Shown here: positions 9,442-17,350 of the stretch, piece by piece
Position numbering within the stretch: position 1 is the stretch's first letter
How the letters are laid out: each line of letters starts with the position of its first letter
From: Haloquadratum walsbyi C23
GTDB lineage: Archaea > Halobacteriota > Halobacteria > Halobacteriales > Haloferacaceae
DNA: 32,000 nucleotides
NCBI RefSeq assembly: GCF_000237865.1
Contig: NC_017459.1
Coordinates: 1,290,001-1,322,000, forward strand
Direction: 5' to 3'
Notes under the pieces: model-generated
Database searches by the model: none
Told to the model about the DNA's origin: nothing
Seen by the model: the letters and a program-made list of their open reading frames with translations, nothing else
Translations under genes and position numbers: made by a program

Positions 9442-10539
9442 ATGTTGGTTTTAGATAATAACTGGGGAAATGTCCCAGAAAGATTCATTAGAAACCTTGC
9501 ATATGTGAGTAGCATGCAGGATAATCTCTTACCCATCTCGTATTACGCAGGGGTATTAGACTCACTAGCGAGGGTTCAATTTGATATTCAACAAGATGAG
9601 GGAGAGACAACGTTCACAGTTCGCTCATCGCTCCGAATTCGCACTCAAGATGATTCTCATCTTACTAGTCTGATTGGAGAATTTCTTGAGGCACATGACA
9701 TTGAATTCGATATTTTCTCTAGACAGAATACGTATAATTATTTTCACGTCTTTTTCAGAAAAGATATTAGAAAAATCAGACGACTGCTGAATGGCGAATC
9801 AACCCAACTGATTCGTGAACTATCATTTGTGGTCGGTCCGTATCAGAAACATTTTAACACCAAAATTCTAGAACCACCTGAGGTATACCGATTAATAACA
9901 GCAATCTATGAATTATTTTTTGACCAACGGTTAACTCCCAAATGGCATCCGAAGCCAAAGCAGTTCGCGAGTAAATTCAATATTAGTACAGACTCACTCG
10001 ATAAAATAGATATTCCAGTTGGTACTTTTAGAGATAACTATCCGGTTGAATACATAGCAGGGATCATAGACGCTTTAGCTGCTTTCAGACCTGGAATACA
10101 TACTACATCATACAGTATTGGTTATGGGATGACTCCAATAATTCGGATTCATCGAGGAGGGGTTCATCCAGCGTATGCATGTGCAGTGAAACAATTCTGT
10201 AATAATACTGGATTGAGCTCCAACTCCATGGGTCAAATCAATAGTTTAAATACAGTCATTCAGGGTGCAAATGCGATCGATTCGTTCGCTCCCGAAGTAG
10301 GTCCATATATGATTGCAAAAAAAGACAAACTCGCATATTTAGATAAAGAACTCATTCCGCGGTTCCTGAGTGGTGAACACCACTCAAAACAGGGGTTATA
10401 TGATTTGTTGGTTGATTTTCAGTCAATTATTAATACTAATACGGGTGAAGATCGATCATCTCAGTACACGCCAGAGTATTTTGAGAAAGAATGGGAGGGT
10501 GAAATTAATCCTGCAGATCAAAGAGCTCCTCATAAGTAG
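9442..10539 (+). CDS. Hypothetical protein with two LAGLIDADG-like motifs (possible free-standing homing-endonuclease-like protein)
   Basis: 365-aa ORF in very AT-rich DNA. The motifs are YYAGVLDSLARVQF (about aa 34-47) and EYIAGIIDALAAFRPG (about aa 203-218), each with an Asp at the canonical acidic position. The assignment is tentative. Confidence 0.55.
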   Translation: MLVLDNNWGNVPERFIRNLAYVSSMQDNLLPISYYAGVLDSLARVQFDIQQDEGETTFTVRSSLRIRTQDDSHLTSLIGEFLEAHDIEFDIFSRQNTYNYFHVFFRKDIRKIRRLLNGESTQLIRELSFVVGPYQKHFNTKILEPPEVYRLITAIYELFFDQRLTPKWHPKPKQFASKFNISTDSLDKIDIPVGTFRDNYPVEYIAGIIDALAAFRPGIHTTSYSIGYGMTPIIRIHRGGVHPAYACAVKQFCNNTGLSSNSMGQINSLNTVIQGANAIDSFAPEVGPYMIAKKDKLAYLDKELIPRFLSGEHHSKQGLYDLLVDFQSIINTNTGEDRSSQYTPEYFEKEWEGEINPADQRAPHK

Positions 10540-10858
10540 TCAATTCAATAATTCACTTCGGAGTCGCTGATCTGCATCAGTAACGAGCCTTACATCGTAT
10601 TTTTCACTAAATTCGAACATTTGTTCTACGTTATCAATCGCGAGTCCAATGTCACCTCTTTGTTTATACATCCTAGTCTTAAACCGGTAAGATTTGACCA
10701 CGAGTGTCTTTGCGTCATACCATGGCAGAGCCTCGTATCCGTAACTGAGGGCCTCTTCAACGGCATCAAGACATTCGTTGGTGGGTCGATCACGTTTTTT
10801 AGCACGCGCCAGTCGATAGTTTGCATCACCAAGCAGAATACTGGCCGCTTTTTGATGA

Positions 10859-10866
10859 TTGTCTGA
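10859..10866. repeat. Target-site duplication, left copy (TTGTCTGA)
   Basis: Identical 8-mer at 11869-11876, immediately outside the inverted repeats. An 8-bp duplication is typical of the IS1595 family. Confidence 0.85.
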
Positions 10867-11868
10867 CGCTCTTGTGAAGTACATTGTTGGTGAGTCAGAG
10901 AACTTCTCGGATAATCTGTTTCAGTGCTTCTTGTCCCGGTTTGCGGAGGATTCGTCGCCGAAGTTGGAACGGCCTGAGATATGCTGTCAGTTTGTCCTTT
11001 GAGACGCCTCGATGCGGCGAGAGCCACCGTCGCGCCAGCGACGCGTGGCTCTCGCACGTGTTCACATGTGCGTCTCCATCAACGTACTCGCCGTCACCGT
11101 GAATTACTGATTCTCGGTGGAAGCTCTCATCATTGTCGAGTGGATCGTAGGCACGAAATCCGTCAGTATAGATGCTCAGCGACTCCTTCTCGTGGTTGTC
11201 GAGAAGGAGTCGCACGGTCGTTTCATCGGCGGATTTCGCTGGGACGACGTATCGCTGACCGCTGCCCCGATCAACGAGCGTGAACACTGGCGGTTTATCA
11301 CCCTCATACGTTCCTCGTCCGCGTTTCGAGAGGGCACGCGAGCGCGACTCTCGATCGCGCTCGCGACCTTTCTTCCCAGCAGAGACATAGAACTCGTCGA
11401 TCTCGACCGGTCCAACGAGATCGATTGTTGGCGCGTCGAGCGTTCTGGCGAACTGCTCGACGCGCCGGTGAAGCGAGCGATACGAAACGTCAATTTCAGC
11501 GTCTAACTGGCGGATACTCGTGTTGAACCGGAGGAACGAGTAGAACGCGAACAACAGCTTATCGAGGCCGATCTTCGCGTGCGCAAAAATCGTGCCGGTT
11601 TTGTCGTTGAACGTGCGGTCGCAATCCTTACACAGGTACCGTTGATACTCTCGATAGCTGCCGTGTTTGATTACCGACTCAGACTGGCAGCGCGGGCAAC
11701 AGAGGCCCTCTCGCCAGCGAACCTGCTCCAGCAGGTTCGCGGCGCTCGCCTCTGAGCTCAGCAATTCAAATGGGAACATTGCGTTCAGGTGACGCGTCGC
11801 GTCACTCTTGCCCGCTACGCTTTCACGGCGATAGCTTTACCCGACCAACAATCTGCTTCAGAAGAGCG
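10867..11868 (-). mobile_element. IS1595-family insertion sequence (1002 bp), apparently intact and recently inserted
   Basis: 25-bp terminal inverted repeats match 22/25: 10867-10891 is cgctcttGtgaagTaCattgttggt, and the reverse complement of 11844-11868 is cgctcttCtgaagCaGattgttggt. A perfect 8-bp direct repeat TTGTCTGA flanks the element (10859-10866 and 11869-11876). It carries a single transposase ORF. A 17-nt palindrome gtgacgcgTcgcgtcac (11789-11805) sits upstream of the transposase ATG. Confidence 0.88.
10895..11779 (-). CDS. IS1595-family (DDE) transposase with N-terminal zinc ribbon
   Basis: 294 aa. The N-terminal Zn-ribbon is CCPRCQS...CKDCDRTF, followed by a DDE-type core (EIDEFYV..., IYTDGFRAYD...). 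This matches the haloarchaeal ISH-type IS1595 transposases I recognise. Confidence 0.9.
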   Translation of the reverse strand: MFPFELLSSEASAANLLEQVRWREGLCCPRCQSESVIKHGSYREYQRYLCKDCDRTFNDKTGTIFAHAKIGLDKLLFAFYSFLRFNTSIRQLDAEIDVSYRSLHRRVEQFARTLDAPTIDLVGPVEIDEFYVSAGKKGRERDRESRSRALSKRGRGTYEGDKPPVFTLVDRGSGQRYVVPAKSADETTVRLLLDNHEKESLSIYTDGFRAYDPLDNDESFHRESVIHGDGEYVDGDAHVNTCESHASLARRWLSPHRGVSKDKLTAYLRPFQLRRRILRKPGQEALKQIIREVL

Positions 11869-11876
11869 TTGTCTGA
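11869..11876. repeat. Target-site duplication, right copy (TTGTCTGA)
   Basis: See 10859-10866. Confidence 0.85.
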
Positions 11877-12651
11877 ATCCATTGCATAATACATTTGTTG
11901 AACATTATCACGTATCATCTCTAATGTGTCTGCAGATTTGATATTCGCCAAGGATGCTTGCGTAAGTTTATTTACTACTCGTTGCTGTATTTCTACAGTG
12001 CCATTGTCGTATGTCTCTCGTAATTGAGTGCAAGTCTCGTGCCAGTCAACCCCCTTTTCAAGTGACAATGATTTAATAAAATCGTGTTGTTGAAACTTAT
12101 CACTCTGCCAAACAACCGTATCAGTGAGTGAAATCGCGTAGGCTGGTTCATTATCATTATTCTGGCTAAACTGTAGCTTTGGTTCCGAACCAATAAATCG
12201 GGGCTTCTGTCGATCGTCTAGAATATTACTATGAAGCATCACGAGTTCTTCTGTGTCCAGTTCAATAACGCGAGTCTTGCCACTATACGGCGACACCGCT
12301 AAGTAGGACCCATCAGCAGAGAGTGACACGAATGGAGAACTCTCATTTAATTCGATTCGAGATAGCAAGTCTCCCGATTCATTTCTGACTATCACTTCAC
12401 TCCCTGTTGAAACGCCGTACTCACGCCAGTCGGCAACAGCTGCTGTGCCTTCTTCAGATCGGGCAGTGCTTCGTGGATTGACTAGCCGCTCATGAAAAGT
12501 TGGGTCGCCGTCTGTCAGAAGTACTGTATGACCATTGTTCTCCGGAGTTCCGTAACGATGTGCAATCTGGTACTTCGCACCTGCTGGGCGAGAGGAAAAC
12601 TGCAAGCTCTCATCCTCAATGGGCAATTCAATCCAACATTTATTATCCAGT

Positions 12652-13080
12652 TCACTCATCTCTGCCAGTTGTCGAAGACTTGTTGATAATATCTTTGCTT
12701 ATGCTGCTGAATAGATTGCCCGGTCCCGTATACTGGCTATAAAGTTGATTGACACCACCATTGGCGAACTCCCTAGCCACTTCGTATATACCAGCGCCAT
12801 CTTTGAGCATTTCTGAATCTTCAACCTCCTTTACTGCGATAGACTTGAGGATCCAGACTTGACTCTCACTAAGAGATCTCCGCTGGAATAGTGCATGTCT
12901 CGAATCTTCAAGCTCTGTTCGCAAACCCTTATTATACCCATAACACGCTGCAAAGACAAACAAATCATTTAGATTCTCACCATGGAATGGAGAGTCTTCA
13001 CTTTCTGTTAGCTCACTAAACATCTGCCGCTTATTCTTAGGGATATAAATATCTCGGGGGGCACCTGAATCATCGACCAT
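12652..13080 (-). CDS. Small helical protein, DndE-like / Dnd-associated-protein-like (tentative)
   Basis: 142 aa. ATG at 13078-13080 overlaps the DndD-like gene by 11 nt. The pattern DLFVFAACYGYNKG...FQRRSLSESQVWILKSIAV...EVAREFANGGVNQL resembles, from memory, small DndE / 'DNA phosphorothioation-associated protein 4'-type proteins found beside DndD homologs. This needs an HMM check. Confidence 0.5.
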   Translation of the reverse strand: MVDDSGAPRDIYIPKNKRQMFSELTESEDSPFHGENLNDLFVFAACYGYNKGLRTELEDSRHALFQRRSLSESQVWILKSIAVKEVEDSEMLKDGAGIYEVAREFANGGVNQLYSQYTGPGNLFSSISKDIINKSSTTGRDE

Positions 13081-15040
13081 ACTCTCTCACCTCAGTCTGA
13101 CCGTCCTCAAAATTAAGCCGATACTCATTCCCGACACGGTGTTTCATAAGATTTCTCACATTATCGTCATACTCTGTGTCGGTCATCAGGAACGTTATCT
13201 GACTGTCTTCAAGATATGTTGGTAGATTCTGAGCGATTCGTTTTCGATTCTCACTAGCGATTCTGCCAAGCGGGGTGTCAATTATAATTGGTGCCTGAAA
13301 GCCGCTGATGTCCGATAGTGCAGCCATGAAAGAGAGTGCTAACACCTGGCTTTCACCAGCAGAAAGTGACCCGATTCGATTATCTGAACTATCCGGTCCG
13401 CTGACTTCGATACCATAATCTTCTGTTAGGTGGATAGTATATTCTTCAGCTTTCCATATAAGTTCATTAAAATATTGATTGAGATTTTTTTGTGTATCTT
13501 CACGAATCTGACCCAAAATAGTATTGCGGATTGAATCTATCTCCTCAAGTGCCGTGTCAGCAAACTCAACTTGATTGATTATCTCCTTATGACGATTTTG
13601 CTTCCTTGCTTCTTTTCGAAACTCCTTTTCCTTCTTCTGTTTCCGCTTGAGGTTTGAATCTATTTTTGCCTCAATCCTTCCTACTTCTGTTTCCAATTCA
13701 GACTTTTGTTTTTCTAGATCATCTTGTTGCTTTGACAGAGCACTAACATTTATATCATCTGGGACGTCGAATCCTTCCAGTTTTGCCTTCGTTTCCATGA
13801 GATCACTATCTGTTTGTTCAATTTTCTTGGACAAATCGGTCATTCGTCGTCGTCTTTTTTCAAGCTCTTCAGCCCGATTGTTCCCATCTCGGATGATTCG
13901 TGGAATCTCTGCCTTCCCCTCAAGATTATCTGTTGATACCTCTGAGGCATTCTCAAGCGTCTGCTCAAGATGCTTGCGAGCGTCACTATCATCCATAATT
14001 TCACGACCGCAGATGCACTCACCTTCATCGATGAGTTCACGGACGAACCAGTCTTGGATCTTCGGTGGAAGCTGTCCCTTTTGTTCCATCTCAATGAGAG
14101 TCTCATGGGTATAGTTGAGAGCATCCAATGTGAAGACAGCAGGACCAGCCATATTCAATCGTTTACATGATTCAGACCGTGCCTCAGATTTTTTCCGTTT
14201 CAGCCGATCAATCTTTTGTTCAAGCCTCTCCCGTTCCTCTACAAGATTGCGAGCCCGATCATTAGCTGCACCTCGGAGATCATCTTTTATATCAGAAATT
14301 TTCCGAGTAATCTCCTCAATATCTTTTTCCTTCTGACTTTTTTGAGTTCGTTTATTAGATATGGTTGTCTCAATTTCTTCAATGGTATTTTGAATCTCAC
14401 TTGGCCGACCCTCAAACTTATTCGCTTTACGTCTAATTTCTTTTTTAACAGTTTCGAGATGATCATGTGAGCTGTTTAACAAGCCGATATGTGAAACATC
14501 AACAATTGCGTTTTCAACACGTTGCTTATATCCTGCTTCGAAAAATTCTGTCAGAGCCTCACCATCAAACAAGAAGTAGTCCTTTACCCTTGGAGGTAAT
14601 ATCTGATTGAGCGTATTATTTGGATTTTCGATGATTTTATATTGACTGCCTACTCTCCGACGTAATTGTAGCTCATCAATGTCATCGTTGTATGAGCCAT
14701 TAGCAATCTTATATGTGGTGAATTGTCTTTCAAAAATATATCTCGGCTCTGATTCTCCGAGTTCAACTTTCACCTGCCCACTCTTTGACTCTCCAGCACT
14801 TAGATTTTCAAGTGCGTCTTCTGTTACCAATGGCAATGTTTCCATATCATCGCTTCGAGACTCTTGATGGAGTTCGCGTCCGTAGAAGCATAGCGTAAGC
14901 GCGTTAAGAATATTTGATTTGCCTGCGCCATTCTGTCCTTCAATAATATTTATATTCGTACTCTTCTCAGTCCTGAGATTAACCGTCTGTGTGCCAGAAT
15001 ACTGTCGGTAATTTGATATTTCAACAGAAAGTAATCGCAT
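13070..15040 (-). CDS. DndD-like SMC/Rad50-type ABC ATPase with central CxCG hook
   Basis: 656 aa. The N-terminus MRLLSVEISNYRQY...IIEGQNGAGKSNILNAL carries Walker A. About aa 190-500 is K/E/R-rich coiled coil interrupted by QLPPKIQDWFVRELIDEGECICGREI (Cys codons at 14015-14017 and 14009-14011). ABC signature is SLSAGESQVLALSF and Walker B is APIIIDTPLGRI. Size and layout match DndD-family proteins. Confidence 0.8.
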   Translation of the reverse strand: MRLLSVEISNYRQYSGTQTVNLRTEKSTNINIIEGQNGAGKSNILNALTLCFYGRELHQESRSDDMETLPLVTEDALENLSAGESKSGQVKVELGESEPRYIFERQFTTYKIANGSYNDDIDELQLRRRVGSQYKIIENPNNTLNQILPPRVKDYFLFDGEALTEFFEAGYKQRVENAIVDVSHIGLLNSSHDHLETVKKEIRRKANKFEGRPSEIQNTIEEIETTISNKRTQKSQKEKDIEEITRKISDIKDDLRGAANDRARNLVEERERLEQKIDRLKRKKSEARSESCKRLNMAGPAVFTLDALNYTHETLIEMEQKGQLPPKIQDWFVRELIDEGECICGREIMDDSDARKHLEQTLENASEVSTDNLEGKAEIPRIIRDGNNRAEELEKRRRRMTDLSKKIEQTDSDLMETKAKLEGFDVPDDINVSALSKQQDDLEKQKSELETEVGRIEAKIDSNLKRKQKKEKEFRKEARKQNRHKEIINQVEFADTALEEIDSIRNTILGQIREDTQKNLNQYFNELIWKAEEYTIHLTEDYGIEVSGPDSSDNRIGSLSAGESQVLALSFMAALSDISGFQAPIIIDTPLGRIASENRKRIAQNLPTYLEDSQITFLMTDTEYDDNVRNLMKHRVGNEYRLNFEDGQTEVREYGR

Positions 15041-15237
15041 TAACTGTCACCGCTCTCCATGTATTGTTTAATTAGATTTTTATAATCTTCCTTATACTCA
15101 AAATTATCCTTACCCATATTTCCTCTCTCAATCTTTAATATCTCTTTAATAAATCCTTTCAATTTACTGTCGGAAATCCCGTCAACTTCAGATGTGATCA
15201 ATTCATTGACTTCTTCTGAATCCATCAATATATGCAT
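15040..15237 (-). CDS. 65-aa K/E-rich micro-protein, translationally coupled to the DndD-like ATPase
   Basis: Its stop TAA overlaps the downstream ATG by one base (TAATG, 15038-15042). No recognisable domain. The start could instead be the Met at aa 5. Confidence 0.45.
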   Translation of the reverse strand: MHILMDSEEVNELITSEVDGISDSKLKGFIKEILKIERGNMGKDNFEYKEDYKNLIKQYMESGDS

Positions 15238-15307
15238 ATCCGACCATCTACTTTAATTTGTGCGTAAATTATCAGATACCACATAATAAATATCAATTTC
15301 TGGACTC

Positions 15308-17350
15308 TTATAACTGAAATTCACGCTTAATATCTTGCAATTTCAACCGAGCCCTTGTTTCATTGAGTGCAGTTTCGGCAAATTCTTCAAACCGTTCCAA
15401 TTCTCGTTCGAGAATCCCTCTCTCTGAGGCGCCAAGTTCAGAATCAGATTCCACAGCCGGGACGACTATCATATCATATATACTCGCTTTCTCTTTCCCA
15501 CTCTCTGGGTGCTGTCTTAATACCCGGCCTCGGCGCTGGACAAACTCCTTAGGATTACGATTATTTGCCATCAGGATGGCCTGCCGCGTGGAGGGCACAT
15601 CAACCCCTTCATCAAGACATTTCATCGCAACAAGAGCCTCATAACGTCCGTCTGCAAAGGCAGAGAGTAGTTTCTGACGTTCCTCGTCATCTTCCTCTGC
15701 TGTAAAACGATGTTGTACGATACCCCGGTTAGTCATTCGCTGTTGTACTTCATCTATTTGCTGGTAATTTGTATACACAAGAAGGTGGTCAATATCTATC
15801 TCATCAAGTATTTTCTCAATTTCACTATATTTTTGCTTTGCACTTTTCAGTATATTTGCTCGTTTTGTGAGCAACCTTTCCCGAGTTTCTTCGACTGTGT
15901 CATCATCGCTGTCGCCTAAACGTGCCAATTTATGTGAAATTTTCTTGTAGCGAGCGAGCTCTTCCCCATCCATCTCCACTATCCGTGGATAATACTCATA
16001 CGGTGTCAGATACTTTGGAATTGCATCGGCTAATGTATATTGAAAGACAATGTCATCAAAGTAGTTTGACAGAAATTCTGTCCCCTCTTCATCATAGTAA
16101 CGTTCAGGCGTCGCAGATAGCCCTAATCGATAATTAAACTGTGGAACTAAGCCCTTACGCCGAATCTCAGCACCGAGATTATGCACCTCATCAGCTATAA
16201 TGAGACTATCAAACGGGATTGATTTGAGTTGATTACGAAAGAAGTCTGTCGATCCGGTCTGATGGGTGGTAATAATTATTTCTCTATCTGTAAACCCTAA
16301 TTCCAAACCATCAATTGTTGTCTGTAGTGCTGACTTCCAATCAGAGCAGTGCGACCCATATAGTAATTTATATGAAGTATAGTCGAAATCATCTAAACTA
16401 TCTGCCCATTGCTTCGCCAGATGCGTCATAGGAACGGTTATAACGGCGAGCATTGGATCATCTTGATATTCATACTCTCGCAGTATATCACGCATAGCAC
16501 CAATAGCGGTGTATGTCTTTCCAGTCCCAGTGGCCATCTTGAAGAGACCGTGGCGGCCATTATTATGCCAGTTATTAACAGCAGTCTGCTGATAATCACG
16601 AAGTGATATTTTACTCACAGTATGATTGGTCTCTATATTATCCGGGGGTGTATATGGGCGTTCGTCTGTTGTTCTTAATTGCTTGATATCTTGCTCTATG
16701 CTCTCAGGAGGTGTAATAGTCGTTATATTTTTCTTCTCGTTATTCCATAAATCGTCAAATCGACGCTCATGAATGTCCACAGCCTCTGCTTCACGATTGC
16801 CCATCCAGTCACAGTCAATCGTGTATGCCTCATAATTCTCAAACGCGTGCTGGCTATCATTTTGAGATCCATGAAAAGCAATACGGTGACCTTCCGTATC
16901 CTGAGCAATTCCAAACTTGTCATGAAACTGACCACGCAGCGATCCATGAGGTATTGCAAATTTGAGTTCAAGGAGTCCATCAGCAATCATCCAAGCAACT
17001 GCGTTGCGAGTTTCGCTATGAAGTTCCTCCTCAAGGGAGCTTATTGATGATTCTAGTGCTGACTTTAATACTTCGTCAGAACGAGCAACTCCTCCCTTCT
17101 TGATTGCCTCCCAGTCTTTCTCTGAGAGGATTGGACTTGTAATCCATCTCGCAACACCTCCATTTTCGACGAGATTTATTACTCCCCGACTGGCTGACTC
17201 AAGCCATCCAGTTGTGAAGTAGCCAACTCCGCGCTTGTACTCGATGGCATGAGTAAGCATTGGAACATAAAACTCTGAGATAAAGTTGTTTTCTGAAGTC
17301 TCAATCACACGTGGCCAGTCGATACTGGAAAAATCAGCCGAAGGTGTCAT
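15308..17350 (-). CDS. Fusion protein: N-terminal single-HKD phospholipase-D-family nuclease domain + SF2 (ResIII/ERCC3-type DExH) helicase
   Basis: 680 aa. HKD motif is FHDKFGIAQDTEGHRIAFHGSQND (nt 16859-16924). Helicase motifs: I MATGTGKT, II IIADEVH, III LGLSATPER, VI QRRGRVLR. Confidence 0.9.
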   Translation of the reverse strand: MTPSADFSSIDWPRVIETSENNFISEFYVPMLTHAIEYKRGVGYFTTGWLESASRGVINLVENGGVARWITSPILSEKDWEAIKKGGVARSDEVLKSALESSISSLEEELHSETRNAVAWMIADGLLELKFAIPHGSLRGQFHDKFGIAQDTEGHRIAFHGSQNDSQHAFENYEAYTIDCDWMGNREAEAVDIHERRFDDLWNNEKKNITTITPPESIEQDIKQLRTTDERPYTPPDNIETNHTVSKISLRDYQQTAVNNWHNNGRHGLFKMATGTGKTYTAIGAMRDILREYEYQDDPMLAVITVPMTHLAKQWADSLDDFDYTSYKLLYGSHCSDWKSALQTTIDGLELGFTDREIIITTHQTGSTDFFRNQLKSIPFDSLIIADEVHNLGAEIRRKGLVPQFNYRLGLSATPERYYDEEGTEFLSNYFDDIVFQYTLADAIPKYLTPYEYYPRIVEMDGEELARYKKISHKLARLGDSDDDTVEETRERLLTKRANILKSAKQKYSEIEKILDEIDIDHLLVYTNYQQIDEVQQRMTNRGIVQHRFTAEEDDEERQKLLSAFADGRYEALVAMKCLDEGVDVPSTRQAILMANNRNPKEFVQRRGRVLRQHPESGKEKASIYDMIVVPAVESDSELGASERGILERELERFEEFAETALNETRARLKLQDIKREFQL

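Larger units (their letters stand above)
10540..12659 (-). pseudogene. IS-disrupted gene (restored product 369 aa), last gene of the PLD-helicase / DndD-like operon
   Basis: The 5' fragment is 12659-11877 (261 native aa, then a 17-aa tail encoded by the duplicated target site and IS end). The 3' fragment is 10866-10540 (108 aa). Deleting 10867-11876 (IS plus one target-site copy) joins codon 11877-11879 to codon 10864-10866 in frame, reading ...YYAMD-SDNHQKAASILL.... The start overlaps the upstream stop (ATGAGTGA, 12652-12659). Confidence 0.8.

Noticed and set aside
10626-11057. 143-aa minus-strand ORF, plus plus-strand ORFs 10981-11283 and 11117-11506
   Set aside because: They cross the IS boundary or run out of frame or antisense to the transposase gene. 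They are artefacts of the GC-rich IS sequence.
13647-14114. 155-aa plus-strand ORF, rich in Ser/Phe/Arg
   Set aside because: It lies antisense to the K/E/R-rich coiled-coil region of the DndD-like gene. Its low-complexity composition is the mirror image of that coding strand, so it is not an independent gene.
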